Shown piece after piece: positions 48,576 through 57,614 of a DNA stretch of 60,066 bases (the stretch's first letter is position 1; each line of letters opens with the position of its first letter). The stretch comes from a virus. Taxonomy: Duplodnaviria; Caudoviricetes. Where the stretch lies: IMG/VR virus record IMGVR_UViG_3300027367_000243, positions 1 to 60,066 of that record. The stretch is one strand, 5' to 3'. The translations under genes were made by a program, and so were the position numbers. The notes under the pieces were generated by a model. It saw only the letters and a list, made by a program, of their open reading frames with translations, had not been told where the DNA came from and searched no databases.

Positions 48576-48824
48576 ATGGATTTAAAAGTAGATGCTCTTA
48601 GAGCAAAGTACCAGGCTGAAAAGCTTGAGGCAATTGCAACCCTTGAAGTATACGTTAAAAATGCAGTCGGAATCGGTGAACACCCGCAAATCATCGAGGA
48701 GATGGCTAAACTTGTTGAACAAGTTGCAAATGCAAATGATTGCATGGAAGCATTAGATGAAATCTTTGTCCGAACAGGAGATGGTGAATCTAACGTTGCA
48801 CAAGAGGGCTCCGTAAATAGTTGA
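48576..48824 (+). CDS. hypothetical phage protein
   Basis: 82 aa with NAVGIGEHPQIIEE motif. Confidence 0.65.
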   Translation: MDLKVDALRAKYQAEKLEAIATLEVYVKNAVGIGEHPQIIEEMAKLVEQVANANDCMEALDEIFVRTGDGESNVAQEGSVNS

Positions 48825-48857
48825 TTTATTTAGGCTAGACTAGAAAGACTAAGGAGC

Positions 48858-48889
48858 AAAGGGATCTATTAATTTAGGTCCCTTTTTTT
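48858..48889 (+). terminator. intrinsic terminator
   Basis: aaagggatcta-ttaatt-taggtcccttt plus T tract. Confidence 0.8.
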
Positions 48890-48893
48890 GTTT

Positions 48894-48902
48894 GATATAT
48901 AA
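48894..48902 (+). promoter_or_regulatory. GATATATAA putative late promoter
   Basis: Between terminator and ATG 48906. Confidence 0.6.
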
Positions 48903-48905
48903 TAA

Positions 48906-49919
48906 ATGAATACATTTACTGGACAAGAGGTAGCAGATCATATTGAGTATATTACTCCGGAAGAATCTGACGTGCCTGATTATTTTATTAGCAAGTATAT
49001 TCTACCTAATGATGGCTGGAAGAATAAACCTATTAAGTTAAAAGATCTACTAAAAGATAGAGACTTTAAAGACTACTATAAATCTGGCGAAGAGCGTTAT
49101 GAAGATTGGGAAGTTAGTGGTGATGACCTATACCAAGAATTAGTTGTATATAAAGGTAAATTACTAGATGGTTATTCTAGAGCAACGAGAATGTTAAGAG
49201 CGGGCGAGAAGACCGCAGGCGCATTTGTATTAGAACATAATAAATTTGTAATGGAGTCTGAGGTATTTGAAAGATATACAAAACTAGATTCTATCTCTAA
49301 TAAATTATTAGGTGATTGTTTTAAGAAGTGGGTATTAGATTTTAAGAACGGTAAGAAGTCTTCTAGCTACTCATTTGAAGTACAGAATCCAGGGCTAACA
49401 TTTGACTTAAATTGCTCAATCTATTTTAAAGGTAAAGGATTTGAAGTCTTAAATTCAACTGGAGCTGATGGTAGAGATGAAGATGATGAAGGTGATTGGC
49501 AAGATCCATTTATTAATGTAGACTTTGCTTGTAACCCAGATTGGTTACCTACTTATTGGGAAGAGATTTACTTTGTATTAGCAGATGTCTTAAGACATGA
49601 GATCGAACACATTACTCAAGATGGTATTGATATAGGTAACTATAGAAAGGGGAAACCTAATGAACCAGACGAAATGATGAGGTCTATGATTAACATGGGC
49701 ATGTTACCTAAGGTGACTTATTTACTACTTCCTAAAGAAGTTGATGCCAACATACAAGGCTTAAGATTTGAGGCTAAGAAGAGAGGTGAGAAGACTATTG
49801 TAGCTGTAAATAGATATTTAGACTCAAAAGAAGAGATGGGAGAGATAAATAGTAAAGAAAGAGCAGAAGTCCTAGTTAAATGGGAAGCTCGTGCAAAACA
49901 TTTAGGATTTAAATTATGA
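48906..49919 (+). CDS. two-domain protein: ParB-like N-terminus and HExxH zincin-like C-terminus
   Basis: LVVYKGKLLDGYSR; VLRHEIEHITQ...EVDA. Confidence 0.55.
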   Translation: MNTFTGQEVADHIEYITPEESDVPDYFISKYILPNDGWKNKPIKLKDLLKDRDFKDYYKSGEERYEDWEVSGDDLYQELVVYKGKLLDGYSRATRMLRAGEKTAGAFVLEHNKFVMESEVFERYTKLDSISNKLLGDCFKKWVLDFKNGKKSSSYSFEVQNPGLTFDLNCSIYFKGKGFEVLNSTGADGRDEDDEGDWQDPFINVDFACNPDWLPTYWEEIYFVLADVLRHEIEHITQDGIDIGNYRKGKPNEPDEMMRSMINMGMLPKVTYLLLPKEVDANIQGLRFEAKKRGEKTIVAVNRYLDSKEEMGEINSKERAEVLVKWEARAKHLGFKL

Positions 49920-50263
49920 AGCATATAAAACTATTTGAAGATTTTATTATTGAGAAAAAACCTAACGTTAAAAAGAACGTTAAAAAGATTAATAAGAAAA
50001 TCGGTAAGCAGGTTCAAAAGGCTGAGAAGGAAATGGCAAAAGTAAAAGATTTGTCTAAATCCTCAGAGGTGAAAGACAAGATGTCAGCTACTCTTGCTAA
50101 AATGAAAGTACAACTAGCTCAGATTGAAACGCAAAAACAATCAGTGAAGAAAAACATTGAAGTTAAGAAGGGCCAGATTAGAACTGCTAAAGATAAAGCT
50201 AGGGCTAATAAAGATTTAGAATCTAAAGCTAAAGAAACTAAAAAAGAAGAGGGCGATAAATAA
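49916..50263 (+). CDS. Lys-rich putative head-internal protein
   Basis: MKHIKLFEDFIIE followed by a very basic helical region. Confidence 0.6.
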   Translation: MKHIKLFEDFIIEKKPNVKKNVKKINKKIGKQVQKAEKEMAKVKDLSKSSEVKDKMSATLAKMKVQLAQIETQKQSVKKNIEVKKGQIRTAKDKARANKDLESKAKETKKEEGDK

Positions 50264-50266
50264 CCT

Positions 50267-53200
50267 ATGAAGTACATTCAAACTCTTACTGAAAAGGGAA
50301 AGCTTAAATGGCAAGACTCTGATGCACCGGATGCTAATGGTAGATTTAGAGACCTAAGTCCTAAAGATCTAGCAGCATGGTTAATTAAAACCAGAAAGGG
50401 TGATATGAAAAAGATCAGTGGTTCATTAAGTCAACAAGTTGCATTTAATAAAAACGACGATCCTGAATACGCAAAGAAAATGGATAAGACTAGAAAAGAA
50501 GTCTATAAACAATTAGACAGAGAAGACCTACTTGATAAAATAGATGAAAGTTTACAAGAGCCTCTTTACAATTCTTTTTTCCTTTTAGAATTTCAAAAAT
50601 GGGTTTACAAGAATAGAGCCAAGATTAATAGAATGTCTAAAGATGAAAAGATTAAATATCTAGAAGATAATTATATTAAGAAGTATGGTAAGACTCATTT
50701 AGGTAGTGAAGATTTAAAAGGCGTTGGTTCTGATATTTACCACTCAATGGTCTTAGATAATATTATTAAAGAATCTGTCTTAAACGAAGAAGATACTTGG
50801 AATGACTATCCTGCTGCTGCAAAGAAGAATGCTCAAAAGGCAATTGACTGGAAAGAGGAACATGGTAGAGACGAAGTCGATGCTGGAACTCCAGTAGGTT
50901 GGGCAAGAGCTCATCAACTGGCTAAAGGTGAAAACCTTAGTACAGATACAGTTAAAAGAATGTCCGCATTTAATAGACACAGAAAAAACTCATCAATCAA
51001 ACCTGAATTAAAAGAAACTCCATGGAAAGATAGAGGCTATGTTGCATGGTTAATCTGGGGTGGAGACGAAGGTGTTGATTGGGCAATTGAAAAATCAAAA
51101 GAAATAGACGCTATGAAAGAGTCAAAACAACTAAAGTACATTAAACCACTTAATGAAGCTGAGAAGTATATCACTGATGAATTTAAAGTAGGTGATAAAA
51201 TTAAAACTAATTTTGGTGAATGGGAAGTAATTGAAACTGACTATGCACCTAATAAAAGTTTTATAGCGCCTTTTATATTTAAAGGAAAAGATATGGAAAG
51301 AGTAAACATACCTAATCCTCCTAAAACTAATAAGAAAGCTGTAGGCTATAAAGTTACTGACGGTGACAAATACCCTATTATTGGTTTCTTGTATCAATAT
51401 AAAGATATAACTAAACTTGCAACAGTTGGTGTTGATGAATCAGTGGTTAACGAATACAGTGGAGATGGAACTAATAAAATATCTGATGATAAGTTAATGA
51501 ATTTAATTCCAAAGATGCCTAAAGGCTATGTTGGTAAAAATACAAGAACTGGAGAATATACAATTTCAACACCAGATGGCGAAGATATAGTTTTAACACA
51601 GAGTAAAGATAAGAAAAATTGGTCTTATGAGCCTTCTAATATTGCATTAAAAATATTAGATGAATCAGTTACTGAAGCTGAATCTAATTTCGAAACATTA
51701 TTAGCAACTTCAGAAGATGAATCTATTGGTAGAAAAATAAGACTTGGTGGTAAAAGAGACCCTGGTCAAGAAGTATGGCAAAAGGTTGATAAAAAGAATT
51801 GGATGAATCTTAAAACCAAAAAGAAACTAGACCTTAATAAATGGGCTAAACATGCAGATGAATTCCACATGGCAGATAAAGATTTACAGTTTGAAAGTAA
51901 AGTAGATGAGGCTTCTAGACGTAAAGTACATAAGGCTGCAAAGCAGGGAAGTTATCCTGCAGTAATTGTAGTTGTACAAGATGGTGAGGTAATTCACCAA
52001 GAACCAGTATCTACTCCAGATGTTGCTCCTGCTACATTTAATGTAATGCAAGAGAAATACCCTAAAGCTGTATTACATTTAGAAGATAATACTGGTAAGA
52101 GGTTATTTACTGAATCAGTTAACGAAGCTAAAGCATATAAGTTAAAGGCTTCTGAATTTGGTGCAGATACTCACTCAGCAGCATATAATGTAAAAGGCGA
52201 AACTACTTGGAGAGTTCATAGCACTTATGCTATCGATCAAGTATCTGGTGAAAACAACCCAGAAGAAAGAGATGTAGTTTTCTTTGAAGCAATGCCTATT
52301 AATAATGACATATACATTAAGATTGGTGGAATCAATAACCTTAAAAGAACTAATGGTGCTACAGTAGGTAATAACTTTGGTACTACGATTGAAGAATGGA
52401 AAAAGGATCCAAAAGGAATTGCAAAAGAAGCTTCTGAGTTTCTTACTGATGCAACGCACCTTAAATGGATTAACAAAAAAGCAAGGAGTGAAGGCCAAGT
52501 AATTAAATGGGCTTTAAAAGATGATTATTCTAGTGTGATTGAAGATCTAGTTAATAAATCATTAGGTCTTAAAGAATCAGTTAATGAAGCTAAAATCAAA
52601 TACGCTAAAGGAAAAACATATCAATCTTCTGGTCATTGGACTGTTTATGTTGATAGTAACTCAAGCGGTTTTGATATTAGAGTAAATCATTCAGCTGGTT
52701 GGAGATTAGATCCACATGATGAAAAAGAAGAGACGCTTGAATTATTAGATAATGGTAGACAAAGAGCTACAATATACTTTAAATCAGGTAACATTGATAA
52801 ATTCGCTCAAAAAATGTTTGATCTTAATGATAGAACAACTAGTGGAAATCAAACTAAATTAACTGCTAAAGATTATGCAGATATTATTAGAGTTTGGATC
52901 GATATGAAAATGGCTAATGAATCAATAGTTAATGAATGGGGTTCTTCAGATCAAAATATCTTTAATAAATCAATGCATAAAGAAATGGGTTCTCCTAGAA
53001 AGATGCCGTCTCCGTTTGATGATAAATTAAGAGATGTTGCAGCAGATAATGTCGATCACTATTGGGATGATTGGGAAGAATATGACACAGACAGAGATGG
53101 TTTAATTGACAATGCGGTAAGAGGTTACCTAAGATCATTTTTTAAGAAAGATTTCGAAATGATGCAAAAAATGTTTGCGTCTAATAATATTACTGAAGGC

Positions 53201-54010
53201 ATGTCTAAATCCGCTATCAAAAAGGCTATTAAAGTTATCGATAAGCAGATTGATACTGAAACTGGTGGAGATGGTGAACCATTAGATAATGAAACTCTTC
53301 AAGCCCTAGAGCAAGAAAGAGAAAGATTACAAGCAATGAATGAAAGTAAATTCTCACCTATAGGATATGCTAAGAGAGTTATCTCCGGTGAAATTACTTT
53401 AAAGGACGCAATGAAAGAGGCTGGTGTTTCTTTTAATAATCTAAGTAAATTAATTTTAAAACTAGATAAAGGTTTTGATATTGATGCTGCAGTTGCAGAA
53501 AATACTAGATTTAAACATCTTAAATCTCTTAATGAGTATTATGGTAAAAGAGAACATGATGATTTTGAGAAAGAGTTTGGTAAGATTAAATATCCTAAAT
53601 GGATTAAAGTTAAAATGAAAGAACTAGTTGATGGTATGTTTATTAATAAAGTATATGCAAAGCCACATAACTATATGTCTCTTTGGTTGAATCAAATGGG
53701 AAAGCGTAAATTCAATACTGATGATAGAAAAAAGGAATTAGGAGAAGTAGGATATAAATTAACTGATAGATACTGGAACGATTTAACAGGACATAATGCA
53801 TTTAAATTAGAAGCTGCAGAAGCTGCAATGGAAGTTAGTAAACATATTGAAGATATGGTTGCTAATAAAGAATCTGTAGAACCGGCATATTATTTAATGA
53901 AAAACTATTTCAACACATTTGGAATGCAAACAGATAGAAGTAGGATATTTAATATGGCAGTAGAGATACTAGAAGAGTGGATGACCGCTAACGCAATTGA
54001 AACCCTATAA
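50267..54010 (+). CDS. large multidomain putative head-internal polyprotein
   Basis: 1247 aa punctuated by about 11 ES(V/I/K)x(N/T/D)E or LNE linkers. Confidence 0.65.
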   Translation: MKYIQTLTEKGKLKWQDSDAPDANGRFRDLSPKDLAAWLIKTRKGDMKKISGSLSQQVAFNKNDDPEYAKKMDKTRKEVYKQLDREDLLDKIDESLQEPLYNSFFLLEFQKWVYKNRAKINRMSKDEKIKYLEDNYIKKYGKTHLGSEDLKGVGSDIYHSMVLDNIIKESVLNEEDTWNDYPAAAKKNAQKAIDWKEEHGRDEVDAGTPVGWARAHQLAKGENLSTDTVKRMSAFNRHRKNSSIKPELKETPWKDRGYVAWLIWGGDEGVDWAIEKSKEIDAMKESKQLKYIKPLNEAEKYITDEFKVGDKIKTNFGEWEVIETDYAPNKSFIAPFIFKGKDMERVNIPNPPKTNKKAVGYKVTDGDKYPIIGFLYQYKDITKLATVGVDESVVNEYSGDGTNKISDDKLMNLIPKMPKGYVGKNTRTGEYTISTPDGEDIVLTQSKDKKNWSYEPSNIALKILDESVTEAESNFETLLATSEDESIGRKIRLGGKRDPGQEVWQKVDKKNWMNLKTKKKLDLNKWAKHADEFHMADKDLQFESKVDEASRRKVHKAAKQGSYPAVIVVVQDGEVIHQEPVSTPDVAPATFNVMQEKYPKAVLHLEDNTGKRLFTESVNEAKAYKLKASEFGADTHSAAYNVKGETTWRVHSTYAIDQVSGENNPEERDVVFFEAMPINNDIYIKIGGINNLKRTNGATVGNNFGTTIEEWKKDPKGIAKEASEFLTDATHLKWINKKARSEGQVIKWALKDDYSSVIEDLVNKSLGLKESVNEAKIKYAKGKTYQSSGHWTVYVDSNSSGFDIRVNHSAGWRLDPHDEKEETLELLDNGRQRATIYFKSGNIDKFAQKMFDLNDRTTSGNQTKLTAKDYADIIRVWIDMKMANESIVNEWGSSDQNIFNKSMHKEMGSPRKMPSPFDDKLRDVAADNVDHYWDDWEEYDTDRDGLIDNAVRGYLRSFFKKDFEMMQKMFASNNITEGMSKSAIKKAIKVIDKQIDTETGGDGEPLDNETLQALEQERERLQAMNESKFSPIGYAKRVISGEITLKDAMKEAGVSFNNLSKLILKLDKGFDIDAAVAENTRFKHLKSLNEYYGKREHDDFEKEFGKIKYPKWIKVKMKELVDGMFINKVYAKPHNYMSLWLNQMGKRKFNTDDRKKELGEVGYKLTDRYWNDLTGHNAFKLEAAEAAMEVSKHIEDMVANKESVEPAYYLMKNYFNTFGMQTDRSRIFNMAVEILEEWMTANAIETL

Positions 54011-54024
54011 TACAATATTAGTAA

Positions 54025-54033
54025 GATATATAA
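54025..54033 (+). promoter_or_regulatory. GATATATAA putative late promoter
   Basis: 20 nt before ATG 54054. Confidence 0.6.
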
Positions 54034-54053
54034 TAAAAACAGTAAAATAGAAC

Positions 54054-54983
54054 ATGCCACAAGATTATACAAGAACAGTTAACTGGACCGGAGCTAATTC
54101 AGGCGCTGGACCAAATTATACATGGGAAGAGGTAACTAACTCATCATCAGGATGGGTCTCTTATGCAGAATCCTCCACTACTGACGCATGGACATTTCAG
54201 ATAGCCGATAATACAGCTAGCAATGCGGTAACACGTGCAGCTACATTTAGAGTAAAGCACCATACCTATACAGATGGTAGTGATGCAAATACATTTGATG
54301 AATTTACAATAACACAATATGCTAGTGGAACTGTTGAAGTAACTTCAGCGACTGCAGCGACTACTGCACCAACTAATGCTACGAATGCTACGGATGCACC
54401 AACTAACGCAACTAATGCTACGGATGCACCAACTAATGCTACGAATGCAACTGATGCTCCAACGAATGCAACTAACGCAACGGATGCTCCAACAAATGCA
54501 ACTAACGCAACGGATGCTCCAACTAATGCAACTGCAGCAACTACTAATGCAACTGCAGCAACAACTATATTTTCAGATATTAATTGGGATAACGCAACAT
54601 TAACCGACTCTGGACTTGGATTCTCTTCTATTCAAACAGTAACTAAAGAGGCTGGTTCAGGTAACGGTGTAGGTACTATGCCAAACTATGATGCCAGTGG
54701 AGGTAGTGGTAACTTGGGACAAGCTGGTGCAATCTACTGGGCTAACGCAGTCGGTAGTGTTGTTGAGGTAGAACCTTCGTGGATCTTAGGCGTAGATGCT
54801 AACGACCCATGGGGAACAGGATCAGGAATTACTCAAGATAATCAATTAAGAGTTGTTATTACTTTAGACAGCTGGCCAGACGGTTCAGGTGGTGGATCTA
54901 GTTCAGGTTCAGGTTCAGGAGGCGATTCAGGTTCAGGTAGTGGAGAAGAATTTATAGAATCTCCTGAAGGAAACGTCGGATAA
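54054..54983 (+). CDS. BACON-like domain protein with Thr-rich repeat linker
   Basis: W...N....RAATFRV....FTITQ BACON-like pattern, then APTNATNATD repeats. Confidence 0.6.
   Translation: MPQDYTRTVNWTGANSGAGPNYTWEEVTNSSSGWVSYAESSTTDAWTFQIADNTASNAVTRAATFRVKHHTYTDGSDANTFDEFTITQYASGTVEVTSATAATTAPTNATNATDAPTNATNATDAPTNATNATDAPTNATNATDAPTNATNATDAPTNATAATTNATAATTIFSDINWDNATLTDSGLGFSSIQTVTKEAGSGNGVGTMPNYDASGGSGNLGQAGAIYWANAVGSVVEVEPSWILGVDANDPWGTGSGITQDNQLRVVITLDSWPDGSGGGSSSGSGSGGDSGSGSGEEFIESPEGNVG
54366..54533 (+). repeat. 30-bp coding tandem repeat (APTNATNATD x5 plus partial)
   Basis: Read directly; synonymous variation among units. Confidence 0.9.
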
Positions 54984-55016
54984 TATTAAAGTAAACATTA
55001 AAATAAAAAAATAAAA

Positions 55017-55739
55017 ATGGCAACTGATAACCCAAATACAAGAACAGCATACTTATGGATTAATCATCCGGTAGATGCTACTAAAAGGTCGATGCTGACT
55101 ATTACACAAACACAGCAGCAGGCTTCACCAACGAATGCAACTAATGCTCCGACAAATGCAACTCTTGCGACTCTTCCGGGAACTTTTGCAACTTTTGCAA
55201 CTAATGCTACTACTAGTGGTGGTAGTGGTGGTTGTATAATGCAAGATGAATTAGTATTAATGGATAACGGTACTTCTAAGAAAATACAAGATATTGTGGT
55301 AGGTGATGTAGTTAAATCCCTTAGTATTACAGGATTAAGTAATGAAGAAGATGCATGGAAAACATGGTCTACTGTAGAAGGAGACTTTGCATCATCTAAC
55401 ATTAATACAACAATTACTGAAATCGCAACAGAAATATTCCCTGAATATTATACATTAACATTTAATGTAAATGAAGAAGCTAAAAACTTAAAAGTGACAG
55501 GTGAACACCCTGTGTTAGTTAAGAGAGAAGATTTAAGTGTGGCATTTATTCAAGTCGCTGATATTGCAGCAGGTGATAGTATTAGATACTTTCCAAACAA
55601 CAGTTGGTCTGTTTTAACTACTGTGGCTAAAACTACTGGTAATACAATACCAACATATAACTTAGGTGCTGAAAATTCAGATAACTATTTTGCAAATGGA
55701 GTTGTAGTACATAATGCTGCTAATGTCGATAAGCGTTAA
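55017..55739 (+). CDS. Hint (intein-like, BIL-type) domain protein
   Basis: Cys73 start (CIMQDELVLM), I.DI.VGD.V, VTGEHP, TYNL....NYFANGVVVHN; +1 residue is Ala. Confidence 0.85.
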   Translation: MATDNPNTRTAYLWINHPVDATKRSMLTITQTQQQASPTNATNAPTNATLATLPGTFATFATNATTSGGSGGCIMQDELVLMDNGTSKKIQDIVVGDVVKSLSITGLSNEEDAWKTWSTVEGDFASSNINTTITEIATEIFPEYYTLTFNVNEEAKNLKVTGEHPVLVKREDLSVAFIQVADIAAGDSIRYFPNNSWSVLTTVAKTTGNTIPTYNLGAENSDNYFANGVVVHNAANVDKR

Positions 55740-55768
55740 AAACAATAAATTAATAAAAACAATATAAA

Positions 55769-56395
<627 letters not shown>

Positions 56396-56402
56396 TACAA
56401 CT

Positions 56403-57032
56403 ATGAAATTCATAAAATCAATAAACGAATTAAAAGAAGCAAGACAGGCTCCTGCTAAAACACTATTTAAAATGGTAGTTAAAGGTAGTACTTCTGAAAT
56501 AGAAGGTGTTAAAATTTCTAAGGAAATGGCACAGGCTGCATTAGATTGGTTTGACGGATCAGTTTACGCTAGAAAATATGCTAAACAGGTTAAGACTGCA
56601 GGAATGGGAGCTGTTGCTCCATTAATCTTTGGTGATAACTGGGGTATTAAGAAAAGAATTCCTTCTAAACTTAAAGCTGAGTTTAAAGAACTAGAAGCAC
56701 AGTATAAAAGAGTAAGACCTGAAAATGAATCATTTTTAACTGAAGCAGATGCTACTCCTACTATGCTATTAGCTGATGAGATCGAAGGTGCTGAATTTCA
56801 CCATGGATTTGGTGATGGTACTGAAGTTGAAGCTAGAGCTACTAAGAAAACTTGGGAAGATGGTGTACCTGTACTTAAGTATATCGCCAGAGCTCCTAAG
56901 AAGAGCGTGAAGATGCCTAAAGGAAAGTTTGAAGTAGTTATTGACGATAAGTATGGATGGATCTACTGGCAAGATAAAGGTGTCTGGTACGGTATGGATA
57001 AAGAAGACGATTATATCCCATTTGAGTTTTAA
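56403..57032 (+). CDS. putative head-internal protein
   Basis: Probable start ATG 56403 (MKFIKSINELKE); internal NESFLTE linker. Confidence 0.6.
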   Translation: MKFIKSINELKEARQAPAKTLFKMVVKGSTSEIEGVKISKEMAQAALDWFDGSVYARKYAKQVKTAGMGAVAPLIFGDNWGIKKRIPSKLKAEFKELEAQYKRVRPENESFLTEADATPTMLLADEIEGAEFHHGFGDGTEVEARATKKTWEDGVPVLKYIARAPKKSVKMPKGKFEVVIDDKYGWIYWQDKGVWYGMDKEDDYIPFEF

Positions 57033-57052
57033 TATTTGAGTATCATCGAATT

Positions 57053-57078
57053 AAACTTTTTAAAGAGTCTATGTATAA
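57053..57078 (+). promoter_or_regulatory. AAAC-N17-TATAA promoter-like motif
   Basis: AAAC 57053-57056, TATAA 57074-57078. Confidence 0.55.
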
Positions 57079-57102
57079 CAATAGTAACATAGACTCTTTT
57101 TT
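57062..57102 (+). terminator. terminator-like inverted repeat overlapping the promoter motif
   Basis: aaagagtctatgt ... acatagactcttt plus T tract. Confidence 0.65.
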
Positions 57103-57104
57103 AT

Positions 57105-57614
57105 ATGCCTAGAATACCAGTAGACTTAATTTATATGCAGATGGCTTATCAAATAGCCAAACTATCCTACGCCAAGAGACGGCGCGTTGGCTGCATCATC
57201 GTAAAAGATACACAAATCATATCAACAGGTTACAATGGTACACCACACCAATTCGAAAACGAGTGTGAAGAGGTACAAACTAGACTAATTGAGAATGAAG
57301 GTCATCAAGCAATATTAGAGGAAAAGGGCTATGATTGTGAAAGTGGTTGTTGTTCTAAAGAGGTAACCAAAAGAGAAGTCTTACACGCAGAATCAAATGC
57401 CTTGGCAAAAATCAGTAAATCCACACTATCTTCTGGTGGTGCGGATCTTTACACTACAACTTGCCCATGTTTTGACTGTGCAAAATTAATTATCCAATCA
57501 GGCATTAAAAGAGTATTCTATTCAGAGGACTATAGAGATATGTCAGGGGTAGCACTACTAGAAAAGGCTGGTATTGAAACTAAAGAAGTAATATGTTGGA
57601 ACGCGGAACAGTAA
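57105..57614 (+). CDS. dCMP deaminase
   Basis: VGCIIV, GYNGTP, HAESNA, PCFDC zinc motifs. Confidence 0.92.
   Translation: MPRIPVDLIYMQMAYQIAKLSYAKRRRVGCIIVKDTQIISTGYNGTPHQFENECEEVQTRLIENEGHQAILEEKGYDCESGCCSKEVTKREVLHAESNALAKISKSTLSSGGADLYTTTCPCFDCAKLIIQSGIKRVFYSEDYRDMSGVALLEKAGIETKEVICWNAEQ

Noticed and set aside
54366-54533. 30-bp repeats as a possible CRISPR array
   Set aside because: No spacers; in-frame coding repeats with synonymous variation; no cas genes seen.
55233-55715. Canonical intein or mobile element
   Set aside because: No homing endonuclease, +1 residue is Ala and the C-extein is only 7 aa.
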